In this document: piece after piece, positions 39,118 to 52,712 of the stretch | How positions within the stretch are numbered: the first letter of the stretch is position 1 | How the letters are laid out: each line of letters begins with the position of its first letter | Assembly: GCA_003344405.1 (NCBI GenBank) | Contig: NOWV01000001.1 | Location: 434,001-498,000 of the forward strand | Origin: Trichoplax sp. H2 | Taxonomy: Eukaryota | DNA: 64,000 nt | Reading direction: 5' to 3' | Notes under the pieces: model-generated | The model's database searches: none | Told to the model about the DNA's origin: nothing | What the model saw: only the letters and a program-made list of their open reading frames with translations | Translations under genes and position numbers: made by a program

Positions 39118-41734
39118 CTATTTGACACTAAAACTTTCGCCACAACCACAGGTACCAGTAATATTAGGGTTGTTAAATACAAAACCGCTATCCAAGATAT
39201 TTGAAGTGTAGTCCATTTCCGTACCAAGTATGGTTAATTGAGCCTTAGAGTCGATGTAAATCTTGACACCTAGAAGTATAGCAACATAATTAACATACAG
39301 ATGGTACACTATGCATTATACTTTTTTACTACTATGAGGAATTAATGCTTAGTGATAATGAAGTGAAGCAGATATCAAATACGCTATAAATTTTAAACAA
39401 CCACTCGTTTGAAGAAGATGATCAATTATTACATCGTATAATCTGAGGTAACATTGCTTGATAAATATTATGTACATGCAGCTAAATTAGAAGGCAATGA
39501 TAAGTGGCTATATATGCGTGGTTATAATTTACGAGAGTTGGAAAAATTATCTCTGAGTACAATATCGCTAAGTATTTACCGTCTTGGCTGACTTCTTCGT
39601 CAAATTTCTTCTTTGTGTCTGCATATTCAAGAGTATATTGAAGACCATTGCAGCCACGAGCGCGAACACCAATTCGCAACGCTGCCTGTAAACCAATGTA
39701 GTTATAGGTATAATTAATTGATTGATAGATTCAGACAATTTTGTTTCATGCTGTTAACGATTTTGAAGCGTAAACTAAAAATGCCTCTAATGTAGTCATC
39801 AAGTGCAGTATGGGTTAGCATTCTTTGGAGTTTCAAAAGATTCATGTTCATGTAAGTAGATTTAGTAGCAGCATGGACACTGAGCGAATAATTTGAAGTA
39901 TATGATTACTACTTTATTATTAATCAATAATGTACATTTTATATTTATTTGCGATTGTAGATAAGTAATTTACTAAAAAACACAATTCTAAAGCAATATC
40001 TGCCAGGATAACAAGGTGTAGCAAGCAAGTACGATCATTTGAGATTGCATTATTTGGCTGATAATTATCATAAGAAATAGTACTGTACTATAGTGTATCA
40101 AAGTAAAGACTCTTGTAACCTGAGATGTTTGATTGGCTTAAAATGAGTAGAAAGTATTTTATCTAGTATAATTGATAATTAAGAATACTCATTAGGACAT
40201 CGCTGTATTAGCGTTGTAGACGTCCGGCTAATTTATATTTGAATTATAATATAGCAAGGAATAATGACTTTTTAACCCAATTCTATTTCCGTAAAACAGT
40301 ATGAAGGCAAAAGGGAGCTTATTAATATTACAGACTAGCACAGGATTATAAATAGAACACTTACCATAGCAGGATTATTATTCATCAGTTCCATGACTTT
40401 ATCGACAGCGGCCCGTGTCTGTAATTCCAAAGCAAAACATAGCTACCGTTAATATAATGAAATGACGAGTGTCAGATTAAGCTATCTAGTTAGCTGCTCC
40501 ATTGAATATAAGTTTAGTAGCAGTAGACTATCCAGTATCAAGTGATTACAAGCGGATAGTGGGTGCATATTTTGATAGCTTTATTACTGTATTTCTAAAT
40601 TAGTGATAACCCTGTATATCTAAATTTGTGTTATACAGTCGGCATAATTCATTATAATAGAGTACGGTGTAATTATATCTAGAAGGCATCACTAGTCTCG
40701 AGAGTACTGTATAGCCTAAAGTGGTTTAGTGGGTACAGTATAGGATAAAATCATTGCCATCCAAGTTACGATTTTTGAATTGATCATCATTGTTGTATTT
40801 CCGCTGAGTCGAGTAACTGTCTATACGCTGTAGTATAGGGATGAAATACCAACTGTGCTCGTATCTTTGAATAGAAATTTGAATTATAGTGATACCACAG
40901 CGTCAAAATGAAATGGTGGATGATGGTCTATTTCCTCTTCAAGAGTGAATCCATATTTGAAAATTTACTTGAGTGTAGTCAGAGACTACAAAGAAGAAAA
41001 TGTCAGCAGTCTCTGACCAAGTCGTAATTAGGGATTGCACCTGGGTACTCGAGTAATTTAAATGGTGAATAGTAATGTCTTTTATTTATTTAAAATAATA
41101 CTGTACATTTACCAACACCAACCAATCCTATCTAATTCTGGATTGGTAAATTAGCGTAAGTCAGTCTTGAAATGATCGCTATTTTATATCATAGATGACT
41201 GTAACGAGTCGATGAAAAATAGACATTGCAATTGGATGTTGTCATGATGAAAATGTAGCTAGTGTACAGTACACCACAGTATCATGTATCAGATTGACTT
41301 TTCCGACCGACATTGATCATTCATCCTACCAGTTACAGTAGAATAGTGAAGAAATGATGCAAGACCAAAGTGGAATACTCCTTCTCTTCGAGTCGAGTGA
41401 CGATGATCAAGAGTGAAATAGATGATTGATTCTAAAGTTTGACAGTAGCTATATCGAAAGTGAAGTTGATACGAAGGCTAAAAAATAGGAATCAAGATTT
41501 TGGCCAGTTAGTAGAGTCTCCTTGGGCAATTTCCGCTAGTGTCAAAACATTCCATTGGAGTGACAGTGTGACCATTGGACTCGACTCCACTCATTCTGGC
41601 TCTTCTATCAATTCAATCTACTGTACAGTCTACACAGTTGAACATTGTTCAAAGCTTACCAGAGTTAAAGCTGCTCTTCTTGGGATAGTATTCCTTTGGC
41701 GTACAACTCGAATGCTTGCTCGTAGTGTTGCCAT
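39118..41734 (-). CDS. ISCA1: Iron-sulfur cluster assembly 1 homolog, mitochondrial, 128 aa
   Basis: Exons 41734-41660, 40418-40365, 39685-39580, 39269-39118. Arg-rich presequence, RAALTLT, GVRARGCNGLQYTLEY, GTEMDY, FVFNNPNITGTCGCGESF. Confidence 0.96.
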
Positions 41735-42459
41735 TCGCTTTTTTTTTTGCCAGATAGAACCTTAACTTAATCAATTCTGCTTTCGACCATTACTCGGTTT
41801 CAACGAGAGTCACGTACGCCGTATCGGATCAAGGGATAATAACTGTTCTCAAGTCCAAACCAGTACAGTAGTATGTACTGTACGTCCTATGGAATAACGC
41901 AACTTTACACTGTAGACTGAGTACTGTAGGTGGAGTTGTACTGTATCAACAGGAATGATGTCAGTCTGTACCGGTCTGTTAAAGCACTTTTGTTCTGGTT
42001 TGACCGGTTTTAGCCATGATGCTGAGCTGGCGACTGGAGTAGAATGCGGCCCATTGAATCAAGCGTTTTCTATACGGTACACCATTTCTCCGAGTAGTGA
42101 GCAAGTAAGCAGTATATGCCACTTGAATAGAATTGATCCGAGACATTTCTGTCAATAATAATTTGCTGAATGTCTCAAGTGATCTAGTTATTATTATTAT
42201 GATTCATCTGATGTGAGATGTTGATGAATTAAACCGATTTAGTCCAGTGTACGATTGGTTATTGGCTGTAAAACAGTCTACAGTACAGTATATTTTGGGG
42301 GAACTAGACTTCACTATTGTAAAGTACAGTAGAGTACATACTCTACAGTGCGCTGTACTTGGCATGATATCATTACTGAGCAAGTAATTGCATAAAGTAG
42401 ACACTATATCATTATCAGTTACGAATATTTGGATTCAATAAAGAAGACATTCCATTTTT

Positions 42460-42630
42460 TAAATCATGGCAGCGGTGTAACATAATGCGTTCAATTCTTT
42501 TTTGTATGCCATTTTTGAATCAGTAAACAATGACGTCATAGCTTATACTGTAATTCTCCAAAAAGCACTGTGGACCACCCCAAAATTACTGTAAAATGGC
42601 TGCCTCAGTAAAAATAACGGTCCGCCATTC
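42460..42630. promoter_or_regulatory. Motif cluster in the ISCA1/PLPP divergent intergenic region (CRE palindrome, YY1-like sites)
   Basis: ATGACGTCAT at 42530, AAAATGGCTGCC at ~42593, CCGCCATT at ~42622, GACCACCC at ~42573. Motif matches only. Confidence 0.35.
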
Positions 42631-43598
42631 AAACGATTATTTTACTATCTATTGGCATAGTACAGTACTGTACGCTCATGTTATGATGAGAATCTATCTT
42701 CGTAGATATCCTTCTATGGGTATATAGAAATACTATACTGTACAGGAATTTCAACGGAATTCAACTTTGATTTTTTAACGAAGGGGAGACATCGAAAATA
42801 ATCAGATTGTACTGTAGAGTTGACACTCAGTACTGTACTCTGCACCTGTGCTTCGGTCCTTTTATACAGTACAGTACAGTACAGTACAGTACCATAGATG
42901 GACTGCAAGGAAAATACTGTACTGTACCAGTTTTTCTTCTCTAGCAGTCCATGACTACTAATTTCTGACCCTCTCCTGTTGGGATAAAATACTGCACGGG
43001 GACTTCTCGACCGTATTTACTTCCCTCTACTCTTTCCTGTATTTTAATCAAGGCTCCAAACAATGATATTGTCCATTGTGCTCAAGCTGTTCATCCTAAT
43101 ATAATATTAATGAAATCCTGTATTTAAAATGCTCATAGTAGAGATAAAAAAAAAAAAAGGAAAATTTGTTGACTAGTTCTTGCAACTATCATACAGTACA
43201 GTACTGTATAGTGAGCGATGGACATCAAAAATTGGGTAGAAATTTGAAACGGGCAAAATATTTAGTCAAGTGCAGGATACTGGTATGTATGGTACTAATC
43301 CAGCAGTAAGGTTGTACCTCGTACCAGTTATCATCATTCGATTGGACTCAAAATACAGTAGTTGGAGAAGTTTCTTCTATCGATCATCAATTTGCCCTAA
43401 CACAGCCGCCAAGGATCGCCATCAGGCGTTTCTTCAATATCCATGGCCGTACACTAGGCAGGATTGTTAATCGATATCATATGTTTTTTAATAGATAATT
43501 CTGATTGGCCAGATGATTGAAAAATTAAGATGGGCCCATTGCATTATACAGTACTTCACTACAAATCTCTTCTATTAATAATAAGGTTCATTAATTCC

Positions 43599-43912
43599 GA
43601 TACAGTGCGAGGGCAAGCTCTTGCAACGAAGAGAGTAATAACAATTCCATGATAAAGTTATTATTAATGATACTATTATCAATGATATACATGCTATTAT
43701 TGATCTGATACAGTGCTAGGGCAAGCTCTTACAAAAAAGAGAGTAACAATTCCATGATAAAGCTATTAATGATATACATGCTATTATTATTATAATTATA
43801 ATTATTGATCTTATACAGTGCTATCACTGCTAAGGCAAGCTCTTACAAAACTGCTATGGCAAGCTCTTACAAGAAAGAGAGTAATCATTCCATAATAAAG
43901 CTATTAATAATA
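43599..43912. repeat. ~105-bp degenerate tandem repeat, 3 copies
   Basis: atacagtgc..ggcaagctcttaca..agagagtaa..attccatgataaag recurring at ~43600, ~43707, ~43813. Confidence 0.85.
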
Positions 43913-44371
43913 AATAAATTCATTAAATGAATTGTTACTTGAATGATAGAATGATACAGTACACTGTACAGTACGTAGTACAATATTAATTAGGAAGAGG
44001 ACTAATTGTAATATTGATATAGAAGAATAAACTCATCTGGTTTTTTAATTCAGTAATACCCTAAACATTATCCACTGTCCAGTATAGTGTACTGTACAGT
44101 ACAGTTCAGTAGCTAATCATCCTAATTTAATTTAATAGAAGACTTGCATAGCGTGATTGGAAAGTTACTGTACGGAGTCAATAGTAAATAGGCGTACACT
44201 AGTAGTCAAATGATGACAATATTGATTGTTATTGATAACATACTTTAGAAATTACACAGTTCGACCTCTATTTTATTGGATCGCTGCTCTAACTAGGCCT
44301 TTACATTTATTAGCCAAATACGTTATACGAAGCGAGGGGGTATTCAACAAAGTGAGGAAATAATTCCAATC

Positions 44372-47300
44372 ATGAAATCGGAAAATTCTAAACTTCTTGT
44401 CGATTTCTTGGTGACACTCGTGACTGGCTTTTGTATTTTATTCATTCAAACATTGGCTACTCCTAGTCATCGTGGGTTTTTCTGCAATGATGATTCTATT
44501 AAATATCCATACAAGCCTCATAGTACTGTGCCCAATATAGTTTTAATCCTTATGGACATTCTCTATCCTACGATTATGGTAAGTTTGTATCTAGATAAAC
44601 TTGACGTACAGTTCATCCAGTATACTGTGTTGAACGAGTAGTTCGTTATTCTCCCTTCCCCTGGTTCCCCCAATTTATCGGAAAATATCGATGACCAAAT
44701 CGTCATCGCTAGCTAGATAAGCTTAATCTTAAGCCGAAATTGTTTCTCTTTTAAAAATTAAAGTTGAACATTTATCTGATAACGAAAAAGTATTCATACA
44801 TTTTATACAATAAAAATCATTGAAATAAAGCCTACCATTCTATCAAGTGTCTATCAGTATAAAGATAGGCCTTTCTCTTCTTTTTTATTCTCAGTTTTAC
44901 CTATGCGTAATAGTAATTAATTATCTAGATCAAACAGTGTTGTGCAATCTTTCTCAATTATACTGGTTCTAAAACTATTTTGCAATGTTTTATGAATTGT
45001 TTTGAATTACTTGTACAGTACTCTTACTGTATTTCATCAAGCTGTAGGATTAGTGTTCTATCTTGTGCATAGTAATGTAGTCGTCGGGGAAAAAATTATA
45101 TTCTATTGCAAACAATACATGAAAATACAGTACGTGAGAAAGTATGGCAGGCTATAAAATAGTTGAATATTCTGAAGAGTACAGTATCGACTTATTGTTA
45201 CAACGGTTGTTCCAGTAGAAAGCTGTATACGATTCATTTTTATCAAATTGGTGGAAAGTAAATAAATACAACTGAATGATCGAATTGGCATCACGCCTTT
45301 TAAAGTTGGATAGAAGTTCGAATCTGGATTTTGTTGTTTATTTTCACCTTGTGTTGCAATTTGTGGAAAAGTAGCGGCGATGCGGTTTAAATGATACAGT
45401 AAATGCATGTGTATCTCGAGGATATTATAATGCACGTATGTGTTAGTGTTATCTCTAAAAACGAGAAAAAGGGACTGTCACACTCATTGCCGCTCCGCTA
45501 CCACGTATAAACTAATCTTTATTCTTATCCTCTAGGAGATTTGTATGATTCATAAGTGTATCTGTTGATAGATACGAACCGAAATAAAACTAATCATAGA
45601 CAGTCATACAACTACTCTTGAAAATGTATGAGACAAGTAGACTAACACCATACATGTGGTACCAAACAAACTGTAAACCGTAACAGTTAGTAAAGCACAA
45701 ATGATGTCAGAAATTGACCTTTCTACATTAAATTAAATTTTTAGCAGTATTACAAGCGTTACTTGATGTCACTTCAAAGACTACACATTTCGGAATTGTA
45801 CCAAGATGTAAAATTATTACAGAAATGTTGTTTAACATCAATAGCCAGCCGTGGGGCAGACGATACAATCAAAAGTATCAGGATTTATCTACTTTACTAC
45901 AATGTTAATCTGTCGTTAGTTTAGCAATTGTTTTAATTTATTTCACTTTTCAAATACGTAACACAACAGGATAAAATTGGACTACTGTTTTTATTCAACG
46001 TAGCAAAAACTAACATTACAACACATTTCAGTAATTGAGTAGTATTGCAACTTTCTGCAATGCTACATAGTAAGATACGTAATTTCTCTAGTAATAGAAT
46101 TGCAAATAAAATAATTTTCCATTACGGTAGGGATACGAGTATAACTTAAACCATTGATCCGTTAACTTTGTAAATTCCCCTTTTTTTTCATATTTCAGTA
46201 TTTATCAATACGGTACTGAAAATGTAAATACAGTTAGCACAGTATGTGAAGACTGTACCAATATAATTGGACCGGATATTACAGCATAGTTACCCATAAC
46301 AATACAGTTAATGATTTCATTTTTAAGGCTTTTCACAATTTTAAGCAACAAGCCTTTATTAATTAATTAATACTTATTTTATCATTTTATAACATTCTCT
46401 TCTGTTAATACATAATTATTACTTATGATTATCATTAGATTTTTACCTTCGAAACGCTTAAAAATAAATTCCCCACAAATTCAATGCCTGGTAACCCTCT
46501 CTCGGGACAATGTCGATTTACGCGATATACTTGGAACCTGATCTTAAGCATGCTATTTGGTTTGGCTACCACTTTCGTTTTAACTGATTCCGCCAAGTTT
46601 CTTGTAGGCAGTTTACGCCCAAACTTTTTGGCTCTTTGTCAGCCGGATTTTAGCAAAATTAACTGTAGTGTAGGTTATGTCACTCAATATACTTGCTTGG
46701 GAACTCAAACTAGACAAATAAAAGATGCTCGGTAAGCAATGCTTTTAGTCTTTTGCGTACACTTGATAGATTTTTTCTCAGAATCGAGTAGTACAGTATA
46801 CTGTACAGTAAGTAGATGCGTATACGCACCAGTTTACATTAAACGCACAATACTACGGTCATAGGGATGTAAGTAAACTATAGGTCTTAAATATACACCA
46901 CACCCACTATACCATACTATATACAGTATATATATCTTATTAATTTATCATTGAATTATTTCGCTTATGTTATAAAATCATATTGATCTGTTAGATTATC
47001 ATTTCCGTCTGGTCACGCATCCACTAGTGCTTATGCTATGGTATTCAGTGCGGTAAGTTTTGTACAAAATGCCTTTCTTGAGTATTACTCAACAGGCAAC
47101 AGTACATGCTAAATCTAGTGCCAAACTGAAATTTAGAGATAGTAATCACTGATAGCCTACGAACATAACTCCATCTAATCGATATGGTGCAAATTTTCAG
47201 ATTTACCTAGAATCTGTTTGGAAGTGGAAAAATTTAACGGCTCTCAAGGGTCTTTTGCAAGGAATATCCCTCTTATTGACTTGGTTATGCGGGTTATCCC

Positions 47301-47924
47301 GTGTTCATGATTATCGCCATCGATGGATTGATGTACTGACTGGTTTTATTCTTGGTATATCTATTGCATTTTTCACGGTAAATACGTGATTTGTAGATTA
47401 CATGCCATAACAATACAGAATGCAGTAAACTAGAGTCAAAGTGTGATTATAGTATAATACTAGTCCTCAATACGGTTGCTAGGTCATCGTCTTGTTTACT
47501 TTCTAATACATTGTATGCTAGACAGTATAATATTTATAGCGGTATATACTGTACATTGTATTAGTGGCTGTTAACAATTACGTTTTATAACGAATGATGT
47601 GCATTATAGCCTTTAGGTATAACGTAGTTTGCAGGTAAATTAATATCTAGAATACCGTTTTTTAACTCGTAGGCATTTAAGGCTTTAAATCTGTTGCATG
47701 ATAGTCTTTAGGTATAACGTAGTTTTTCAGGTGACTAACTATCTGAAATACTTCTTCTTAAATCGCAGGCAATGAAGATTTGCAATTTAAATCTGTTCGA
47801 AAACAATGGTGAAAAAAATAAGACTGAAGTTGATGCTATTACTTTCGTTGAAAGTAACCCTGTAGATTTAGAACGAAAACAAGCAAGAACCTTTGCCGAT
47901 GATAACGATGAAAGACCAATCTAG
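44372..47924 (+). CDS. PAP2-family phospholipid phosphatase (PLPP/LPP, wunen-like), ~296 aa
   Basis: Exons 44372-44578, 46439-46731, 46995-47052, 47201-47377, 47769-47924. RGFFCNDDSIKYPY; catalytic motifs KFLVGSLRP, SFPSGH and SRVHDYRHRWIDV are all intact. Confidence 0.95.
47599..47797. repeat. 96-bp tandem duplication spanning the last 3' splice site of the PLPP gene
   Basis: ctttaggtataacgtagttt..caggt..aatac..aactcgtag|gcatttaag..tttaaatctgtt vs ctttaggtataacgtagttt..caggt..aatac..aatcgcag|gcaatgaag..tttaaatctgtt. Confidence 0.85.
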
Positions 47925-48444
47925 TTAGACTAAGAGAAACAGCTACGTTAGATGTCGTTTCTCTATATTAAATCTTAAAATCTAAATACAAAGAGTCGAG
48001 TACTTGCTATCTCATTAATGCCTCCGATATGATAACAGATATAGCAATACAATAACTTTTTCGCTCAACCACGTAATTACTTTTATTAATTGTACCTGGA
48101 ATATTTATCTTAGCGAAGGTAAAAATTGATGCAAAGTTACATAGTTATAATGTAGGCATGTTTATTCCATTGTTTTAATAAAATTGTAATCTACGTAAAT
48201 AGTTGTTCTGAAATCTTGTTCACTAAAATGCATAGTCGTATGCAAGGCTATAAGATCATACTAAAATAAATAAAAAATAGGTAGCAATTTTACAGTTACA
48301 GTAGCACAATTACGAAATTTCAAAGATAGTCTCTTTGAATATAACTTTAGATCACAATTAGCTCTTTGTTGGAATATATCAATATCGAAATATGCAAGAT
48401 TCGTCTAAATGAAATGGCTGTGTTGTGGATAAAACTGTTGTGTT

Positions 48445-50547
48445 CTATTCTTTGTTATCAGAATTTTTTCTCATTGCTCTTTTTTCCTCTAGCATTTTTT
48501 GCCTAAGCTCTTTCATACCAATATAACTACCAGGCAATTTCTAAAAATACCAATAACTAGTTTAATTATTTAGAAATAATATTGTTGAAATAAAAGAATT
48601 TCAATAGTACTAATAGATGAGATAGAATATTGATTATTACCCGTCCTTCTTCTCCCAATTCATAAATCTTAGCCTGTAAGATATCGAAACAACGTATCAA
48701 TTTGTTTTAATGCAGTATCTTCAGCATAGAACAAAACTAATTATTTTGATAATGAAATTTGTTACTATATCTGAAAGTTAGCGAAAAACAAGTTATACGC
48801 GCAGCTACCATAATACAAATAATATCAATACTAATTAAAATGTGCAATAAATTGAAACATCTCTATGTATTTAATAGCTTCATTTTCAAACGTTAACCGA
48901 ATACTAGAAGATTAGAAGTAATTGATGTACATTGTACAGATGCATAGTATATGATTCAAAACTGAGACGTGCTAAATTGATTGTTATTTCCTACTGCGTA
49001 TGTACCTCAGTTGAAGGAATAATAGTACACAAATTTCTATCTTTGTATGTTAAAAAATAATTTTATAAGCTTCTGGCATCAATCCGAACTATAATGGTTA
49101 GTATCCACTCATGCTGCATTAAAATTTAGTCTATGATAATTGCATGCTGTGCAATGAAATTTCTACAGCTGAATTGGCCTTAAATTATGTTTTACAGTAT
49201 AATATTTAATACGTGCTCTTTAAATTTCATTCTCATAAATTTACCCGTTTATTTTCTACCCATTTTTCATACCAATCAGGTTTATTAAAATAGTAGAATA
49301 TAGCAACAGGGAAGAAGACATAAATAGTCATCTGTAAAATGAAAAGCAACAAATTATATAAATATCATATAGATGCTTTAAAATTTTTAAACTGGTTTTT
49401 ACCAACTTCGTAAACTACCTTACATAATAGCTTACGTTATAATCTAGAATCAATCGAAGACTTTCTACCTCCTATAAACTTACTATAGCGCTTTTCTTGG
49501 TGATACAATTATTTCAAAATTAAGGGAATACAACATTACCCGAAACAAGCTTTATCTTACTATGTTTATAGCGTTAATTAGATTTTCTCTCAGAATAACG
49601 TTTCACTTTATTACGTATGCAAGATTTGTAGTTAAAAGCTATTTACATTTTACTATCTCCTGTACTAGAGATTGTCTATCGAATGTTTCAAAATATTAAA
49701 TTAATACCGATATATAAAAGTATAAATCGTATGATTTTGAACACTATACAGTAGATCCGGCAATTATAAAGTGATAACATAGGTTTTTAGAATAATTTAT
49801 GAGCATGACCAGTCGAATATTATGTATGATTTAGACGGAATAAGAGGTTGAATATGGATTTGTGGTCTAAACTGGAATTTAGCAACGAGAAATGAAACGC
49901 ATACTAGACGGTATTATTACTGCAAAGAAGTTACACGCGTATGTAGATTACTGTTGATTTGCACGATTTCCTAGAAGTGATATTGCAGCTAAGCGCCTGG
50001 GCTGTAGGATTTGCAATTTCTTCTGCTTAGGATTATTCTAATTTAGAAGTACGAGTATACACTGCACTGGCCTACGTATCTCCAGCTTTTAGCTTTCTAT
50101 AACGCATACTCAAAGACATTAATGCCAGTTGGATACCTAAAAGCCTTGACTGAACTCTTATCTTAACATCATAAATACTGTACATGTAAGACTAGTTTGA
50201 TCATTGGTAAATTGCTTTCTCATGAAGTCACTGGCTGATCAATGTGCATCCTAACTAGCCACATGATTTGGTCCCTAAATGCACTTAAGAACTAAATTTA
50301 TTCTGTTGTACTCTACACGCACTAATGGAAAGTGTACGAAATTCACCGGCTGATATCATACCGTCAATACTAGGTCCCTTGCCAAATACTGTGTAAGGAT
50401 CTCTAGTCCATACTTTTCCAAAATCTACTTATTATATATAAGGATATACTGTACCATGACGGTTTATAGTGCTGCAAGTAATCAATGTAGCATTACGGTA
50501 TAATGGAAGGGTTTACTTACGCGAAATAGCTCAATCTTGTTTCCCAT
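48445..50547 (-). CDS. PET100: PET100 cytochrome c oxidase assembly chaperone, 80 aa
   Basis: Exons 50547-50521, 49331-49245, 48673-48641, 48540-48445, all phase 0: MGNKIELFR MTIYVFFPVAIFYYFNKPDWYEKWVENKR AKIYELGEEGR KLPGSYIGMKELRQKMLEEKRAMRKNSDNKE*. The N-terminus matches the PET100 pattern MG.K.E.FRM..Y..FPVA.F...N...W.E. Confidence 0.92.
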
Positions 50548-52712
50548 ATTAATCTTGGTTCGATCTTCAGATAAGCTGTGCAAATTCTGATTCAGTTGCT
50601 TTTAGCCATGTACGCTTAATCTATTTTAAATTTAATTTTAGTTTAGTTTTATTGTATCTTGCAAAGCAATCACTCACAGTAATTTATAAATGGTCGATGT
50701 GGTTCTTCGGATGGCCTGGTGTACTGTCTGTACTTGACTTCAGAAAGGGACAGGACGCCACGAGAACAGGACAATCTGCTGTATTGCACGCCTGCACCGG
50801 CTGTATCGGTACCTCAGTATGGTACAGTATAGTATATCATTACGACTAACTGCACCGTACTACGGCTGCTATGGTGATAAAAGGTGATGTTGATATTGAT
50901 GCAGATTTGAGCTTATGATGAATTATTATTTATTTTTATTAGGCAATAATTTCATTAATTTCAAAAATCAGCTGTTTTAAAAGTTTTCATATATATATAT
51001 ATACTTTAGTTCAGGTTCTAGAGGTATGGCATTCTACAGTCTTGCATGCATATCGAATACAGAGCGCATTTTTATTCCATATTACTGTACTGTATTTATT
51101 TATAATGGCACTTTGCAAATAAACCATGATGTTCCATAACTTACATTTATAAAGTAATTTCATTTTGTATTTACTTAACTTAACTTATACTATCGCTACA
51201 AGATATTGCATTAATAGACCAGTGTAATGTAAGAGGTCCTGTATGTTTACGGACATATGATAGATAAACCTTCAGTGAGATCAGTGACATACGAGTGTAC
51301 AGTACTGTACACTTGAGGTATTTGCGCAAAGAAGAACTTATTTATTGAGACAGAAGTGACCACGAGGAAGTTCTAGACAGGAGCAAGATTGCCTAGATAA
51401 CGTTCACAGGCAGACAAGGAGATAATGAACGAAGGAATGATCAGTTACAGAAATGTACCCATACTTATAGTACATACGCACAGTATGTGTAGTACGATAT
51501 TAATAATACAACACTGTACTGGGAACTATTTCGGAGTGAATAAGAAGGAAGATACAAAACGCTGCTATGAACTCTAAAAGTTATATCGTAGTTATAATTC
51601 AACACGTAATATTACAATTAGTATTTTATTAAAACATATATCCTTTAACGATCAAGTACGCGTACAATACTTAAAACTTAACAAAGCGATTTACGACGAA
51701 TGTGTGTTAAAATAAGCTAGCACAGTAGAAGGATTTCTTGCGAATCCAGGCTTTACTTAGACTTTATCTTATCCGATGCAGATCGAAGCATAACTACAAT
51801 ATTCATTGACTTTCTACGTGTATGATAGATTACTAGCCAGACAACGAGAATAAATTGTAAGTGAGGGTTAAGAACATTTACTGTAAAGTGTCTCACTAGT
51901 ATTTCATAATATAACAGATACGTACTGTATGCAGTAGTATATAATCGTATCTGTCTGTATCGGATCAGGCAGTGGTATCATCTTGATCCCCCAAGATTAG
52001 CGCTAATTTCATATAATGTAGTCAGAAGGTAGCTAGACTATTGATTACGGCATGATTTAAAAGTTTTATCAGGGTAAAGATAGGGCATAGCGCATCAGCA
52101 TGGTTTATAGTTGAGGCTAATCTGGTAGCTTTGGTACAGAACTGCATGATCGTATAGGGATACAGCTGTACAATTATAAACGTACGAGTACATATGTCAC
52201 GGTCCATCGGTAAAAATTTTTATAGTTTTCATGAATAGTGATAAAAATCGAAATTTTGAAAAAATGTATGGAATACATTTTTCGTAGCGTAGATATAGAA
52301 CCAGCCCTATTACTTTTTGAATGGGTCTTGTATATATAGCTCTGTCAAAATTGGTTAAATTAAAGGATATGAGCGGATAATGATCTAGTGCCTCAGGATT
52401 TTAAATTTGTGTTTATTTTATCAAATATCGATTTATGTCTTTATAGTAGCATTATCAAATTGCATATGCCCGCAGGCAGAATCGATAATGCAACAATGGT
52501 AGTAAGCAGAATCTATATATCCGTTACAAAAATTGCAATAAAAAATTGACATAAATGATTTTACAAGATATTTTGCAGTGATTCTCAGCAGAGTTATGTT
52601 AATTTTTCAATTACTTGCTTTCGGTAGTTTATGTTAACTAGTGAAGAAAGGAATAACGAGTAAAAAGTGATAAAATCAATTACAGCCATTTATAAAGCTA
52701 TAAGAGATTTCG

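Noticed and set aside
41950..42630. snRNA/snoRNA candidate (ATGATG box-like, AATTTTGG Sm-like)
   Set aside because: No match to any spliceosomal or U3 RNA I can recognise; the motifs are too short to be meaningful.
52195..52330. Possible MITE remnant (aaaatcgaaattttgaaaaaatgtat..atacattttt)
   Set aside because: Only a short local hairpin; no terminal inverted repeats or target-site duplication found.
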